This document shows, in pieces, positions 13,101-26,077 of a stretch of 64,000 nucleotides of DNA (the first letter of the stretch is position 1; each line of letters opens with the position of its first letter). Source of the stretch: Bugula neritina (taxonomy: Eukaryota; Animalia; Bryozoa); NCBI GenBank assembly GCA_964035545.1, contig OZ037770.1, positions 7,880,973 to 7,944,972 on the forward strand. Reading direction: 5' to 3'. Position numbers and translations under genes: made by a program. The notes beneath the pieces are model-generated. The model ran no database searches. It was not told the DNA's origin and saw nothing but the letters and a program-made list of their open reading frames with translations.

Positions 13101-16100
13101 CCATTTCATTGTTTATGCCGAGAGTAAGTCTGCTGTTAGCCTTGAAGCCTGGGTTCAGCATCACCATTTCTACTTGGTGCTGGTTGCTTTCTGTAGGCCA
13201 ATCACAATCATATCCAGCATTCTCAGCAAAGACAGCCTCCCTCAGCTAACTCATTTCAAGGTGCTTCAGAGACGGGTCAGTCTCCCCCCAACAAGCAACG
13301 CAAGAGATCCTCTAAGTCTAAGCCCCGTCAGATTCCTTCCTCTCAGCTACAGAATCAGCACACTCAGCCTACTCAACAGCTCTCATCCGTCCAGAATCTG
13401 TCTCTAGACAGAAGTAACAGCTCTGAGGACCTGCTGTCGGCTGAGCAGCTGGCTAGGTGAGTCATCTTACTGACAAGCTAACTGTACTCACTCACCCACT
13501 GTACTCACTCACTGTACTCACTCACTATACTCACTCACTATACTAACTCACTATACTGACTCACTATACTTACTCACCATACTAACTCACTATACACACT
13601 CACTATACTCACTATACTCACTCACTATACTCACTCACTATACTAACTCACTATATTGACTCTCTGAACTGACTGACTGCGTGGTGACAGTCAACTCTAC
13701 AGTATCTGTTGTGTGTTAGGATGTACAGCTAATCACATTGTGACATTCTGTAGGGTGTCTAGAGTCGGGTCATCTGCCCACTCTAAGAATACGATACTTC
13801 AACTGGCTCCTCAGCAACCAATAGAGGTGTTACATGTACCACAGCAACTCATTCTGCAGCAGCAGCAGCCTCTTCCTGAGCACCAGCGGCAGCACCCCAT
13901 CTCTGACAGGCAGCGACAGCAGCCCATCTCCGAGCAGCAGCGGCAGCAGGTAGACACACCGGCTGGCGAGCAGACTGTGCTGACGGAGCTTTTACCTGTA
14001 GTTGCCTCGAAACAGGATGAACCACCTAAACCAACTACACCTCCTAGACCAGTTAGGGTGAGTGCGGTGTGGTGAGTCACAATTATTCTTACACTAAGTA
14101 GAAAACATGATTGGTTTGTAAATTGTGTGCACTATATTCAACCAGTTCTAGATTGATGATGTACTGTACAACATAGGCGCTCTCTAGCTTTTAATAAATT
14201 TCATGGATTTTTCAAACTATCATATTCTTTTATTTGGCAAGTTTTGACATAACACAAGTTGATCTTGCATAAACTCTTGGACATATTGAACATATTGACA
14301 GTATTTGCAATTGTTTTATTCGTTAGCCTTTTGATGGAAGGTTTGCTGTGTGTCCCAACTGTGCGCTGATGAGTAAAGACTACAATAATTGTGAATTCTG
14401 CAAGAAAGTTTTACCAGATGATTGTAAGATGTTTGACCCGGTGAAAGCAAAGGATGAGGAGCGACAGAAGAAAAAAGAATTACAACTCAAAGTCCAGAAA
14501 GAGAAACTGCTAATTGCCAAGCTGGTATGCAAATCTCAAAGTGTGTGAGACACTCTGTTTACTTCCTGGGTAGACGCCAAGCTCGCTAAATATGCTACCT
14601 TTGTCTAATTGTTTGATTTTTTTAAATGCTTTGTTTTCTCATCACTCCCCCCTGAAAGATACAAGTGCACTAATAGCGTTTCTATTAAGACTTGTTAATA
14701 TAATAATGCTTATAATAAAACTGAAACTAAAAGTAGAAGGTAATTTGTAGATTAAGGAGAATATTTGTGAATTTTGTCATTAGCTCTAATTGCAGTGTTA
14801 TTGGATATCTATAAATGTGAGCAATCATCATTCATATAATTTAGATAAAGATATTAAAGCCGACAGTCATAACACACATGCTTCCTTGGGGTTATCTAGC
14901 AGTAAATATATCCTAATATTCACTGCGTTACTTGTCCGTTCAGTGATGGATATATGAAGTATTTCTACTCTTAGCTGAGCCAATCATAGTTCTTTCAGCG
15001 GGTTTAATATGTTATAGAAGCAGGAGCAAGATAAACAGCGAGAGGCGAGCAGATACACTCAACAAAACTCAAAGTCTGTTCGAACGGAAGCTGGAAAAGG
15101 TTGGTGTGGCATTCTGGTATATCACCTGCTATCACCTGTTTGTGTGTTTATGTAATGTAAAATTAGAAAATCTACTAGCAAAGTATACTAATTTAAACAG
15201 TGATTTAACCTTCAAATTTATATATTGGTCATGCTGTTGCTAGTATAAAACGGTTTGCTGAAACTGTATACCTTCCTCATTACTCATACTCGTATTACTC
15301 ATATTACTCATACTCGTATTACTCATACACATATTACTCATACTCGTATTACTCATACTCGTATTACTCATACTCATATTACTCATACTTGTATTACTCA
15401 TACTTGTATTACTCATACTTGTATTACTCATACTTGTATTACTCATACTTGTATTACTCATACTCGTATTACTCATACTTGTATTACTCATACTTGTATT
15501 ACTCATACCCGTATTACTCATACTCATTACTTATACTCATATTACTCATACTCGTATTACTCATACTTATGCTACCCTATGCCTATATAAAGCTTGCTGA
15601 TGCTATAACAGTGCATCAGTCTATGTGTTTCTATTTTGTGACTCATATAACAACTTGCTGGATGATACCACCAACTGTTGATTACACAACTATGTCTTCA
15701 TTCTGTGATGAAAGGTCCAGCAGAGAAGCACCACACATCTAAAGCTGCCACACCCACGGTCAGGTCATTCTATGGCAGGAAGGTTACAGTGAAAGACTAC
15801 TCAGACGATGACCCTGTGTGGACTCCATCTCGGGCTAGAAGTCGTGGCGGGGGCAAAGCACTTGGCCGTAGAGGTCGGAAAGCAGAAGCGGAGGTTTATG
15901 TCATATCCTCTTCTGATGACGACAGCGATGAAGTAAGTATTTAGTATTCAGTCAACCAAAGTTGTTCTTTTCAAATTTTATGATCTCACGCCCATCAAAT
16001 GTTGTTTACTGAGTGGTAATTGGATATAATCATACAGAGAGTGGAGCTGTGTCAGACACACCTTACTGCCCATACATGCACATGTGAAGTATCTAGCTTG

Positions 16101-19100
16101 TCTTGATTGGCTCAGCCCACAATATCCCTTTCGCTGTAGTATATTCCTGCCCCGACCTCTCGAAGTACAACCAAGAGACAAGAACCTCTTCAACAGCCCA
16201 CTGCCACACATTCTATGGGGAGGGGAAGAGGGAGAGTAGGGAATTCAGGGCATGTGCTGAAGCCGGACCTCACACACATTCCCGAGCTTTATATGAAGTG
16301 TACTAAAATCACAATGGGCTCTCTACAGGGCAAACCAAACGAGCCCTTGCACATTGCAATATCAGGAGTAGACATCAGTTTAGAGAGTGAGTAATCCAGA
16401 GGTTGTTGTATGATGTGAAACATCTATGCTTGAGAGCGTTGAAAAGAATGATATATTTGGTTTAAATTGCTTGACTTCAATTGAGATGGTGCTGAGATAT
16501 TGTTTGTTTCGTTGTACAAAGCTTCGACTGTCTCACCTACAACTCAATTCTCTTAATTTATGTTTATAGCCTTCTTTTGTAACTGCATTTTAGCTGAAAC
16601 ACAAGCTGTGAAGATTCGTTTAGACAATCGAGATGTCCGGGAGTGTTTGGGTTGCACTCACCAAAACCTGCCGGTGCTTTTCTTCCGAGCCAACGAGTCC
16701 TTTGGGGTCAAGGTTAGGAATGCTCTGGGCATGTCGGATTCTAGTCAGAACCCCTATTACGACCCTGATTCTACTAGTAAGTGTTCTATTCAGGACCCCT
16801 ACTACGCCCCTGATTCTACTAGTAAGTATTATATTCAGAACCCCTACTACACCCCTGACTCTACTAGTAAGTATTATATTCAGAACCCCTACTACACCCC
16901 TGACTCTACTAGTAAGTATTCTATTCAGAACCCCTACTACACCCCTGATTCTACTAGTAAGTGTTCTATTCAGGACCCCTACTACACCCCTGACTCTACT
17001 AGTAAGTATTCTATTCAGAACCCCTACTACACCCCTGATTCTACTAGTAAGTATTCTATTCAGAACCCCTACTACACCCCTGATTCTACTAGTAAGTATT
17101 CTATTCAGAACCCCTACTACACCCCTGGCATTCTCTTTCTTATGGTCACATTATTTTGCCGAGTCACATTTCCTTTCATCAGCAGACTGTAAGATGTACT
17201 GTTGGTGTTGCAGATGTGCAACACAAGTATATAGTGGGATATCTGGATGACAAGGCACAGATAACTAACTTTGGGTGGAGACTACAAGAAGTATTCAGAG
17301 CTATTAGGTAGGTTCTGGTGTAATCTTATGTATATATATATACTGTTGGTAGGCTGCTGTTGGTTGTAAATTCACTCCTATTAGTCTATCCAGCTGTGTT
17401 TCTGAAATATGCAGTCTAACTTGAGATATTTGGCTGCACATGTATTCACACCTGTCTGCCAACATAACAAAGTTATCGTAATACAACTATGTTAAGTAGT
17501 GTGTCATCTTATATATAAGTTAGCCGTTCTTGCATCAATGCTCGAGTGGTTTTCTTTTAAACTGAAAAAAATTAATCTTTTATATTACCTTATATAGTTT
17601 TTATAAAACACATACTTTAAACATATTTTTGCTTACAGTAAAAAGACACTATAGATTGAATCCATTTGCCAGTACATTGTTTCATATACTAATTGTTCTG
17701 TGCAGTTTACAGTACCAGACGGGTGGAGTACTTCTGAGATTCATAGAACTTCATGTAGCTGAGAATTTGTTAGCAAAAATTACTGGGAAGGAGGGGCACA
17801 GCTCTACGCTCTCCGCTTTGGACGAGGTGGGTTATGATCCTATTCTATAGTTTATATGAGGTGGGTTATGATCCTATTCTATAGTTTATATGAGGTGGGT
17901 TATACTTCTATTCTGTAGTTTATATGAGGTGGGTTATACTTCTATTCTATAGTCTATATGAGGTGGGTTATACTTCTATTCTATAGTTTATATGAGGTGG
18001 GTTATACTTCTATTCTATAGTTTATATGAGGTGGGTTATACTTCTATTCTATAGTTTATATGAGGTGGGTTATACTTCTATTCTATAGTTTAGATGAGGT
18101 GGGTTATACTTCTATTCTATAGTTTAGATGAGGTGGGTTATACTTCTATTCTATAGTTTATATGAGGTGGGTTATACTTCTATTCTATAGTTTAGATGAA
18201 GTGGGTTATACTTCTATTCTATATGCTCTAGCAGCAATTCATATCACATTGCTACCCTTTTTATATTATACTCTCGTAGTTAATATATTACTACACTATG
18301 CTGTACTTACTCTATTAAGTTGAGGTATTTTTTCATCAGTCCTGTGTGATTTTACTATACGATAGTGGGAACCTAGTTGACTCATGTTGCTGTAAATACT
18401 CTGTATTCTATAGTGTAGAGCTTCTCTTTCTATTTACTACAATTCAGATTTGCTGTACAAAGTAGCCTAAGCAGAATTTTGTTTTGCCTTTTTTAGCTGG
18501 CAATGTCTTATGATGATGACATTTCCCATGAATATAACCCAGATCTGGTGTTTGAAGGACCTGTGAGAAAGTAGGTTACTCTTATAGATGTATACTTATC
18601 CTATCTAAGGCAGACAACTCTTGAGTGTTTTTACACATAGTCAAAGTTTCAGCAAATTTGAAAATTATTATATAACTCGTGATATTACATGGAAGTTTAC
18701 TGTGATTTCATGTATATTATAAAATATAAAAGAGTTTCTGTAATCATATCTCAGCCATTTTGAAGTTAAAGAACAAGTCATAGTAATAATAAACTTATCT
18801 CAATTTAGTGGAATTAAGTCAATGGTAGATAACACCAGCAAAAAGCTGGGATAAAGTCAATGACAATAATAATAGTAATAGTAACATATCACATCAAGCA
18901 TTTCTGTATTTCAAAATACACCATAAATGGCAGGCTACATAACAGGCTTTGTTGTTCAGTTTTGCTTCATCAGTTATTCTTATAATGTAGTATTATATTG
19001 TTACACAAACTCCGTATTTTATAATTATGGTAGTAGCTCATTTAATGCATTAGTTTCGCCCCTTGATCTCAGCTGTGTTGTATTTATTATTTATATCTAT

Positions 19101-22100
19101 ACAGTATGTGTGATGTTAACTATATCAATGTGGTGTGATATTAACTTATTGATATAGTGTGAAATTACCTATATATGGATATAGTATGATATAATTTGTG
19201 GCATGTGTATGGTTGATGTTTTCTAGAATGTTCCAGTACCCGTTTCCTCCGAGTCTCGGCTCAGAGATCGTCACTAACGCCGACTACTTCTGTCTGCACG
19301 AAGGAGAGTTTCTCAATGATGTTATTATCCGTTTCTACCTGCGGTACCTCTCTGAGGAGGTATGTCTGCTCTACACACATCTGCTCTATCAACTGTTATA
19401 GGTGATTGTCTCCTGCAGGTGATTGCATGTGTCCTACAGGTAGTTGTGTCTGTCCTACAGGTGATTGTGTGTGTCCCGCAGGTGATTGTGTGTGTCATAC
19501 AGGTGATTGTGTGTGTCATACAGGTGGTTGTGTGTGTCATATAGGTGGTTGTTGATAGAATTCTAGGTGGTTATGTTTTTCAATGATGATTGGATCACTG
19601 TTTGGTTACAGGTGTTGAGTGCTGCAGATAGAGAGAGAACTTATGTATTTAGCTCATTCTTTTATACCAAACTGGTTCGTCCATTGACAGTTCAAGCCTC
19701 TAGAGATACAAAGAAGTCGTGAGTAAACATTCCTCCTCTCTTTCTCTCTGAATACTGAATACTGGTGTATTGTTACGTTCTACCTAGTCTGGTATCCCTC
19801 CTCCCATTTAATCAGCAGCTTGATGTTGGTTGTGTACCGGTTATGGTCTCTCCTAATCTCCCAGTTCTATAGGTTCAGCCTGTATCAGGATTAGTTCTTA
19901 TTTGTCATCAGGTTTTTATGATTATCTTCTTTCTCAACTGCTCATATATCATGTGCAGAGAGTACTCTTTACTGTATGCCATGTGATGTTACAGGCTGGC
20001 AGAGAAAAGACATGCCGGGGTCAAGACTTGGACAAAGAACGTAGACATCTTCTCCAAAGACTTTCTAATTATACCAATCAATGAGCAGTGAGTACCAGCT
20101 TCCACATTTACTACTAGCCTGGGGTTTCTCATGTGTCTGGTACACGGGCAAGAATTAAAGTCAATATCTATATATATAAATGCTATTGGCTTTTTTAAAA
20201 ATGTGTTGGGACTTTATGTTTTTTCAGAATAAGTGAAATGAGATGTGTTTTTACTTGCGGTAGCATATATTTTTATCTTATTGTGTGTACTGCATGCAAC
20301 ATACTGTAACGGTAGTGCATACAGTGTATTGTAATGGTACTGCATATAGTAAACTGTAACAGTAGTATATACACTTGTCTTGCTTTCCCTGATGGTTTGT
20401 TCTTGAATTTCTCTTCCCATGCTGTGATGAAAGAGTTTAGTTATTCCAACATGTTGCTTAAAATTCACCAAGACCAAGTGCTAGTTCATGTGAAACAGCA
20501 CTGTCTGCCCATAGGGACATCTTGATATCACGAGAAGCTGAAACTAGTTATAGGGTTCAGAGTTTTACTTGATGTCTTCTAGCACTTGTTATACTATAGT
20601 ATGGAGAGTTTGGTTCTGTTCTGCAGCTCCCACTGGTACCTGGCTATCATATGTTTCCCCTATCTGGATGGTATTGTGTATGCACAGAGCAATAAACCCT
20701 CTGCTGAGGACAACCTCGTCAGTTCCACCACATCTGAAGACTCCCAGGTGCAGCAGGTCTCAGGATCAGGTATCTTGTAAACATATAACCTATTCTATGG
20801 GTATATTATACTAATAGGTTCTATACAGGGTAATGCATTCTACACTATATAATATATATTATTCTGTGTAGTGTATTCTATACTGTGTGGTATATTCTAT
20901 ATAATACAATATATCTCAACAAATTCTTAGCTAGTTTGCATATCACGTTGTCAACACTAAAAATAATACTTAGCTTAGCTTCATTTACTAATAGTTTCAA
21001 TACATTTCAACCAGCAACAGCAGAGCTTTAGTGCAACTTTAGTTTTCCACTGTTAAACATCACCAACGGCCTTTACTGGGGATTAAGCCCATGACTTATG
21101 GTTTACTTATCCAACGTTTTAACTCCTAGACCACCGCTGCTGCATACTGTTTAATCCTAAACACAAACTATAATTAGGAAACTTGAATTTCCAGCATCCT
21201 TAATTAAGACTATTTTCTTTCAATGCTAAGTTGTATGCTACTGACTTAGGGAAGAATTATTCTGCTGGAATAATTTGAATACTGGCACAGGGTAGGGGGT
21301 ACTGAGTATATTTAGAGCACTTCCTTGTATTCTAACCTACCTCCATTACTCTTTGCTCTGTGCAAATATTTTATAGTGTATTGTGGAGCTAACATCAGTG
21401 TTTGTGGGGAGTTTACTTCATAATGGAAGTTAGCTGAAAGTTTCTGTCATTTTATTTGTATGAAGGATTGAGAGCAATGATGGAGTTGTTAGTTCAAGGG
21501 TGTAGTTTTGACTACTGGTAGTTTATATGTTTCTAGAAAGTGGTGATAAGGTAGAGCCTCCATCCGATGTTGGTGATAAGCAGAAGAAAGTGGTACGTTA
21601 GTCCTTAAGTAATGTAATATCATTACAAGTGTGTTTTATGTGCTACACATTGTATACTACATATTGTATACTGCATGACATGTTATATGCTACACAACAT
21701 AATATGTGACACTGTGTATAATATACAAAATAGTATACATCATGTGACACCATTTACAATACACGACATATTATCCGTTACCGCATGAAGCATTGTAAAT
21801 TGTATTTAGATATATATCCATACAGGTTACAAATTCTTCCCCTACCAGTCCCTCCACTCAGCAAGCACCCTCCACCCCATCACAGTCCTCCGCCCCATCA
21901 CAGTCCTCCGCCCCATCACAGTCCCCCACCACTCTGGCTACAGCCGGTGAGGCTACCAGCTCTCCCAACCTATTGTCTGCTACCAGCTTGGAGGTATGGG
22001 CTAGTGTTACTAGGTCACTTGCTAATGTGCTAACTGTTTCCTAAATACAATATCATATGCATGCAGCCTATTACCTCATATCTGTAGATCACTGCTATTT

Positions 22101-25100
22101 ATAGACCAGCATGCTGCCTGCTGATTTATTTGGGTTTGAAGAGTCGGAGGATGATGAGCCTAAAACAGCTTCCAGTCACAAAATTATTGAGAAGAGGTGA
22201 GTTTACCTGACTATACAGTTGGTATTACCTGACTATACAGTTACTATTACCTGACTATACAGTAAGTATTACTTGACTATACAGTTAGTATTAAATACTA
22301 TACAGTAAGTATTACCTGACTATACAGTTACTATTACCTGCCTATACAGTTAGTATTACCTGACTATACAGTTAGTATTACCTGACTATACAGTTAGTAT
22401 TACCTGACTATACAGTAAGTATTACCTGACTATACAGTTACTATTACCTGACTATACAGTTACTATTACCTGACTATACAGTTAGTATTACTTGACTATA
22501 CAGTTAGTATTACCTGACTATACAGTTAGTATTACATACTATACAGTTAGTATTACCTGACTATACAGTAAGTATTACCTGACTATACAGTAAGTATTAC
22601 CGGACTATACAGTTAGTATTACCTGACTATACAGTAAGTATTACCTGACTATACAGTTAGTATTACTTGACTATACAGTTAGTATTACCTGACTATACAG
22701 TTAGTATTACCTGACTATACAGTAAGTATTACCTGACTATACAGTATTACCGGACTATACAGTTAGTATTACCTGACTATACAGTAAGTATTACCTGACT
22801 ATACAGTTAGTATTACTTGACTATACAGTTAGTATTACCTGACTATACAGTTAGTATTACATACTATACAGTTACTATTACCTGACTATACAGTAAGTAT
22901 TACCTGACTATACAGTAAGTATTACCGGACTATACAGTTAGTATTACCTGACTATACAGTATTACGTGACTATACAGTTACTATTACCTGACTATACAGT
23001 TACTATTACCTGACTATACAGTATTACGTGACTATACAGTTAGTATTACCTGACTATACAGTTACTATTACCTGACTATACAGTATTACGTGACTATACA
23101 GTTAGTATTACCTGACTATACAGTTACTATTACATGACTATACAGTTAGTATTACCTGACTATACAGTTAGTATTACCTACTATACAGTTAGTATTACCT
23201 ACTATACAGTTAGTATTACCTGACTAAACAGTTAGTATTACCTGACTATACAGTTAGTATTACCTGACTATACAGTTAGTATTACCTACTATACAGTTAG
23301 TATTACATACTATACAGTTAGTATTACCTACTGCTCTGCTGTAGACCGTGTATACTGATATTTGACTCGCTGGCTGGACCTGGTCACAGCTCCGTAGTCA
23401 AAGCCCTGCGGGACTACTTGGCCGTAGAGTGGCAGGTTAGAAAGGGCACCACCAAGTCATTCAGTAGTCCGAGGGTCAAAGGCTCCAATGTCAAGTGCCC
23501 TCAGCAGAATAACTACAGTGACTGTGGTGTCTACCTTCTTCAGTATGTTGAGACCTTTTTCCAGGTTAGTTGTTCAAATATAGAGCCTGCTTCTCCATTG
23601 TTGATAATGTAGTTGTGCTTTGTTGAGTCGCTAAATATTGCCTTTCGGTGTCTATAATGTAACCAGTTTACGGTGTGTATATCAATAATAGCACTGTCAA
23701 TTATATCGATTGCCTGTAGCTTCTTCGTCTTCTTATACATTAGAATTTGTCTGTTTTAGAAACCTATCACTGATTGGTCGATACCAATTAAAGCCACACG
23801 CAATTGGTTTGACTACTCCGTAATCAGACATAAAAGATCAGACATCAAAGCCCTGATCACCAAGTTGGAGAAAGGGTTTGCAGCCAGACCAACTCCTGCA
23901 CGGGGTCGGCCCCGTACTCGCCCTCTGCCTGCCGCTGCTCAGTCTGAAACTACGGCTACTGGAGCAAACTTGTTAGTTCTGGAAGGTGGCGCCCCTTCAC
24001 ACAAAGTAGACGATTCCTCTGCTGGCGAAGCAGATAATGGGTTGGGGAAGCAGAAACCTAACACTACTGAGGAGAGGTGAATTGTAGCAGTAGTAGTACT
24101 GGTAGCAGTAGTAGTAGTAGTAGTACTGGTAGCAGTAGCAGTAGTAGTAGTACTAGTAGTAGTACTGGTAGCAGTAGTAGTAGTAGTACTGGTAGCAGTA
24201 GCAGTAGTAGTAGTAGTACTGGTAGCAGTAGTAGTAGCAGTAGTAGTAGTAGTAGTACTAGTAGTAGTACTGGTAGCAGTAGTAGTAGCAGTAGTAGTAG
24301 TAGCAGTAGTAGTACTGGTAGTAGTAGCAGTAGTAGTAGTACTGGTAGCAGTAGTTGCAGCAGTAGTTGCAGCAGTAGTAGTTGCAGCAGTACTAGTAGT
24401 AGTAGCAGCAGTAGTAGTAGTAGAAGTAGTAGTAGTAGTAGTACTAGTAGTAGTAGTAGAAGTAGTAGCAGTCACTGATTGGGGAACACACATGTTTATT
24501 TGTGGTGAAGTAGCAGTAGTAATGGTGGTTGGTGAACACGTGCATTTATTTTCTAGTGAAGATGATGTTTCAGCTGCTAAGAAAGCTAAACCAGAAGAGT
24601 CCAATACTGAGGCGGTGGGGTGTGATCCGGCCCTGTCTCCAGGTTAGACTCTATCAATGTCACTCACCATGATTCATATCCCTCTCGCACCCCTATCCCC
24701 CTCTCTGATTACGATGTTCATGTGTAACATGGCTGTACCAGTTTCATCTGGTATATACTGCACTGAAATTTTTGCTCAGCTCACTGAGTTGTCTACATTC
24801 TGTTACAGCTACTGGTACCAAGAAGTTAGTGGTTCAGCTATCCAAATATCTTGTCAGTGAAAGAAAGGCTGCTGAACAAGCTATTGCTAGTAATACTGAT
24901 GAAGTAACTGATGGTGTTGAGACAGTGGTAGACGGTACTGAAACAGTGGTGGATGGTGCTGAGACAGTAGGGGGTGCTGAAACAGTGGTGGATGATGCTG
25001 AGACAGTAGGGGATGCTGAGACAATGGCGGGTAAAGTCGAAAAAGTGGCGGATGGAGATGCTAAAGTGAGGGTTGAAGTTGAACATATGGAGGTGTTGTG

Positions 25101-26077
25101 TCTATTACATTTCAACTGTCCAATAGCTAACATCTGATTTTCATATCTCGTTCAGAGTAACATAACGGTGCATGTGGTCATGTTTCGGTGAAGATGTTCT
25201 AGTGGTCGTTAGATGAGTTAATATCAGCCATTCTACGCTGAATAATCATGCTAATTTGGCAGTTATAATAGTTGAAGTTTCTTTGTTTTGTTTCAATGGT
25301 TGACAATATGATGTTTTGAACGGGTGATTTTTTTAGAAAAATTGTCAATAATTGCACTGTAGTATTTTTATTCTGCCATACTTGGTGTAACAGAGTATGA
25401 GTTTAGAAAAAAAGAAAGAAAGGCAATCTCCTCACAGTGTGCCTGTTTTGATATCATCATATTATTTACAGCTGCTTTGGTGTTGCTAAGTCAGTTTGGC
25501 AATTTATTTGTCAAGTTTTTTATTTTCTAGCTAAGAGTTTTTTTTAAAAAAGTCGAGATGTTTTTTTTTCTCACCATCACGGGGTACTGAGGTGTATAAA
25601 TTATGCTATAGTTGCATAACAGCAAAGCATATACTTTCAGAATTCTGTATAATACCACTCAACTTACTGTATGATACCACTGAACTGACTGTATGATACC
25701 ACTGAACTGACTGTATGATACCACTGAACTGACTGTATGATACTACTGAACTTACTGTATAATGCCACTGAACTCACCGTATAATACCACTGAACTCACT
25801 GTATAATGCCACTGAGCTTACTGTATAATACCACTGAACTGTTATATGCTCTGACTTTCTCTCAACTTCTCTGATTCAGGTGAAGGAAGACTCTTCGTCT
25901 TCTGAACTCTTGGATATCACCCGCCATTTCACTACCTCAACAGAGCCTCACTCTGGTACTGAGGCGATGGACCAGTCCAGTTTAGCACCTGCAGCGGAGG
26001 CTATGCAAACAGAGTCACCTGTGAAAGCTGTCACTGAGCAAGACGATGCAGACATGCAGACTGACGAACATGAGTAG
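10160..26077 (+). CDS. SENP6/SENP7-type SUMO-chain protease (peptidase C48), ~27 exons
   Basis: First exon 10160-10181 joins 11051 in phase. Q/P-rich N-terminus; CPNC-x8-CEFC (14327-14524); SIM-like [10 protein letters not shown] (~15895). Catalytic motifs: [16 protein letters not shown] (19227-19359), [11 protein letters not shown] (19612-19718), [21 protein letters not shown] (19994-20087), [10 protein letters not shown] (20626-20769), PCILIFDSL...[18 protein letters not shown] (23345-23564). The insertion between the His and Asp motifs is typical of SENP6/7. Stop at 26075-77; AATAAA ~26637. Some N-terminal exon boundaries are approximate. Confidence 0.92.
13483..13678. repeat. Intronic (TATACTCACTCAC)n-like minisatellite
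   Basis: Degenerate 9-13 bp tandem units beginning ~25 bp after the donor at 13457. Confidence 0.85.
15277..15570. repeat. 15-bp minisatellite (TATTACTCATACTYG)n
   Basis: About 19 copies; explains the spurious THTRI/SMSNT ORFs. Confidence 0.92.
16746..17127 (+). repeat. 45-bp tandem repeat of an exon end plus GTAAGT donor (~8.5 copies)
   Basis: GTAAGT at 16777, 16822, 16867, 16912, 16957, 17002, 17047 and 17092; open frame [15 protein letters not shown]. Confidence 0.95.
17824..18222 (+). repeat. 34-bp tandem repeat containing the GAG|GTGGGT donor (~12 copies)
   Basis: Unit GAGGTGGGTTATACTTCTATTCTATAGTTTATAT; the first copy contains the real exon end (17826). Confidence 0.95.
19398..19575 (+). 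repeat. ~21-bp repeat of YAG|GTG units in a short intron
   Basis: CAGGTGATTGTGTGTGTCATA-type units, about 8 copies. Confidence 0.85.
21055..21142 (-). mobile_element. tRNA-derived SINE head fragment
   Basis: ACATCACCAACGGCCTTTACTGGG...CCTAGACCACCGCTGCT matches the other copies. Confidence 0.65.
22201..23335. repeat. 22-bp minisatellite (ACCTGACTATACAGTTAGTATT)n filling almost a whole intron
   Basis: About 50 copies between donor 22197 and acceptor 23344. Confidence 0.95.
24084..24473. repeat. (AGT/AGC)n trinucleotide microsatellite
   Basis: About 390 bp immediately after the donor at 24077. Confidence 0.95.
25644..25842. repeat. 22-bp minisatellite (ACTGTATRATACCACTGAACTK)n
   Basis: About 9 copies ending ~40 bp before the last SENP acceptor. 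Confidence 0.9.

Noticed and set aside
15240-15742. Repeat-protein ORFs (SMSNT, THTRI, YYSYL)
   Set aside because: Translations of an intronic 15-bp minisatellite; the flanking SENP exons join in phase without them.
16746-23335. CRISPR-like appearance of regular repeats
   Set aside because: Head-to-tail tandem units with no unique spacers, no cas genes, and a eukaryotic context.
23939-24604. Poly-Thr / poly-Ser mucin-like ORFs
   Set aside because: An (AGT)n microsatellite inside a GT-AG intron (24077-24556).
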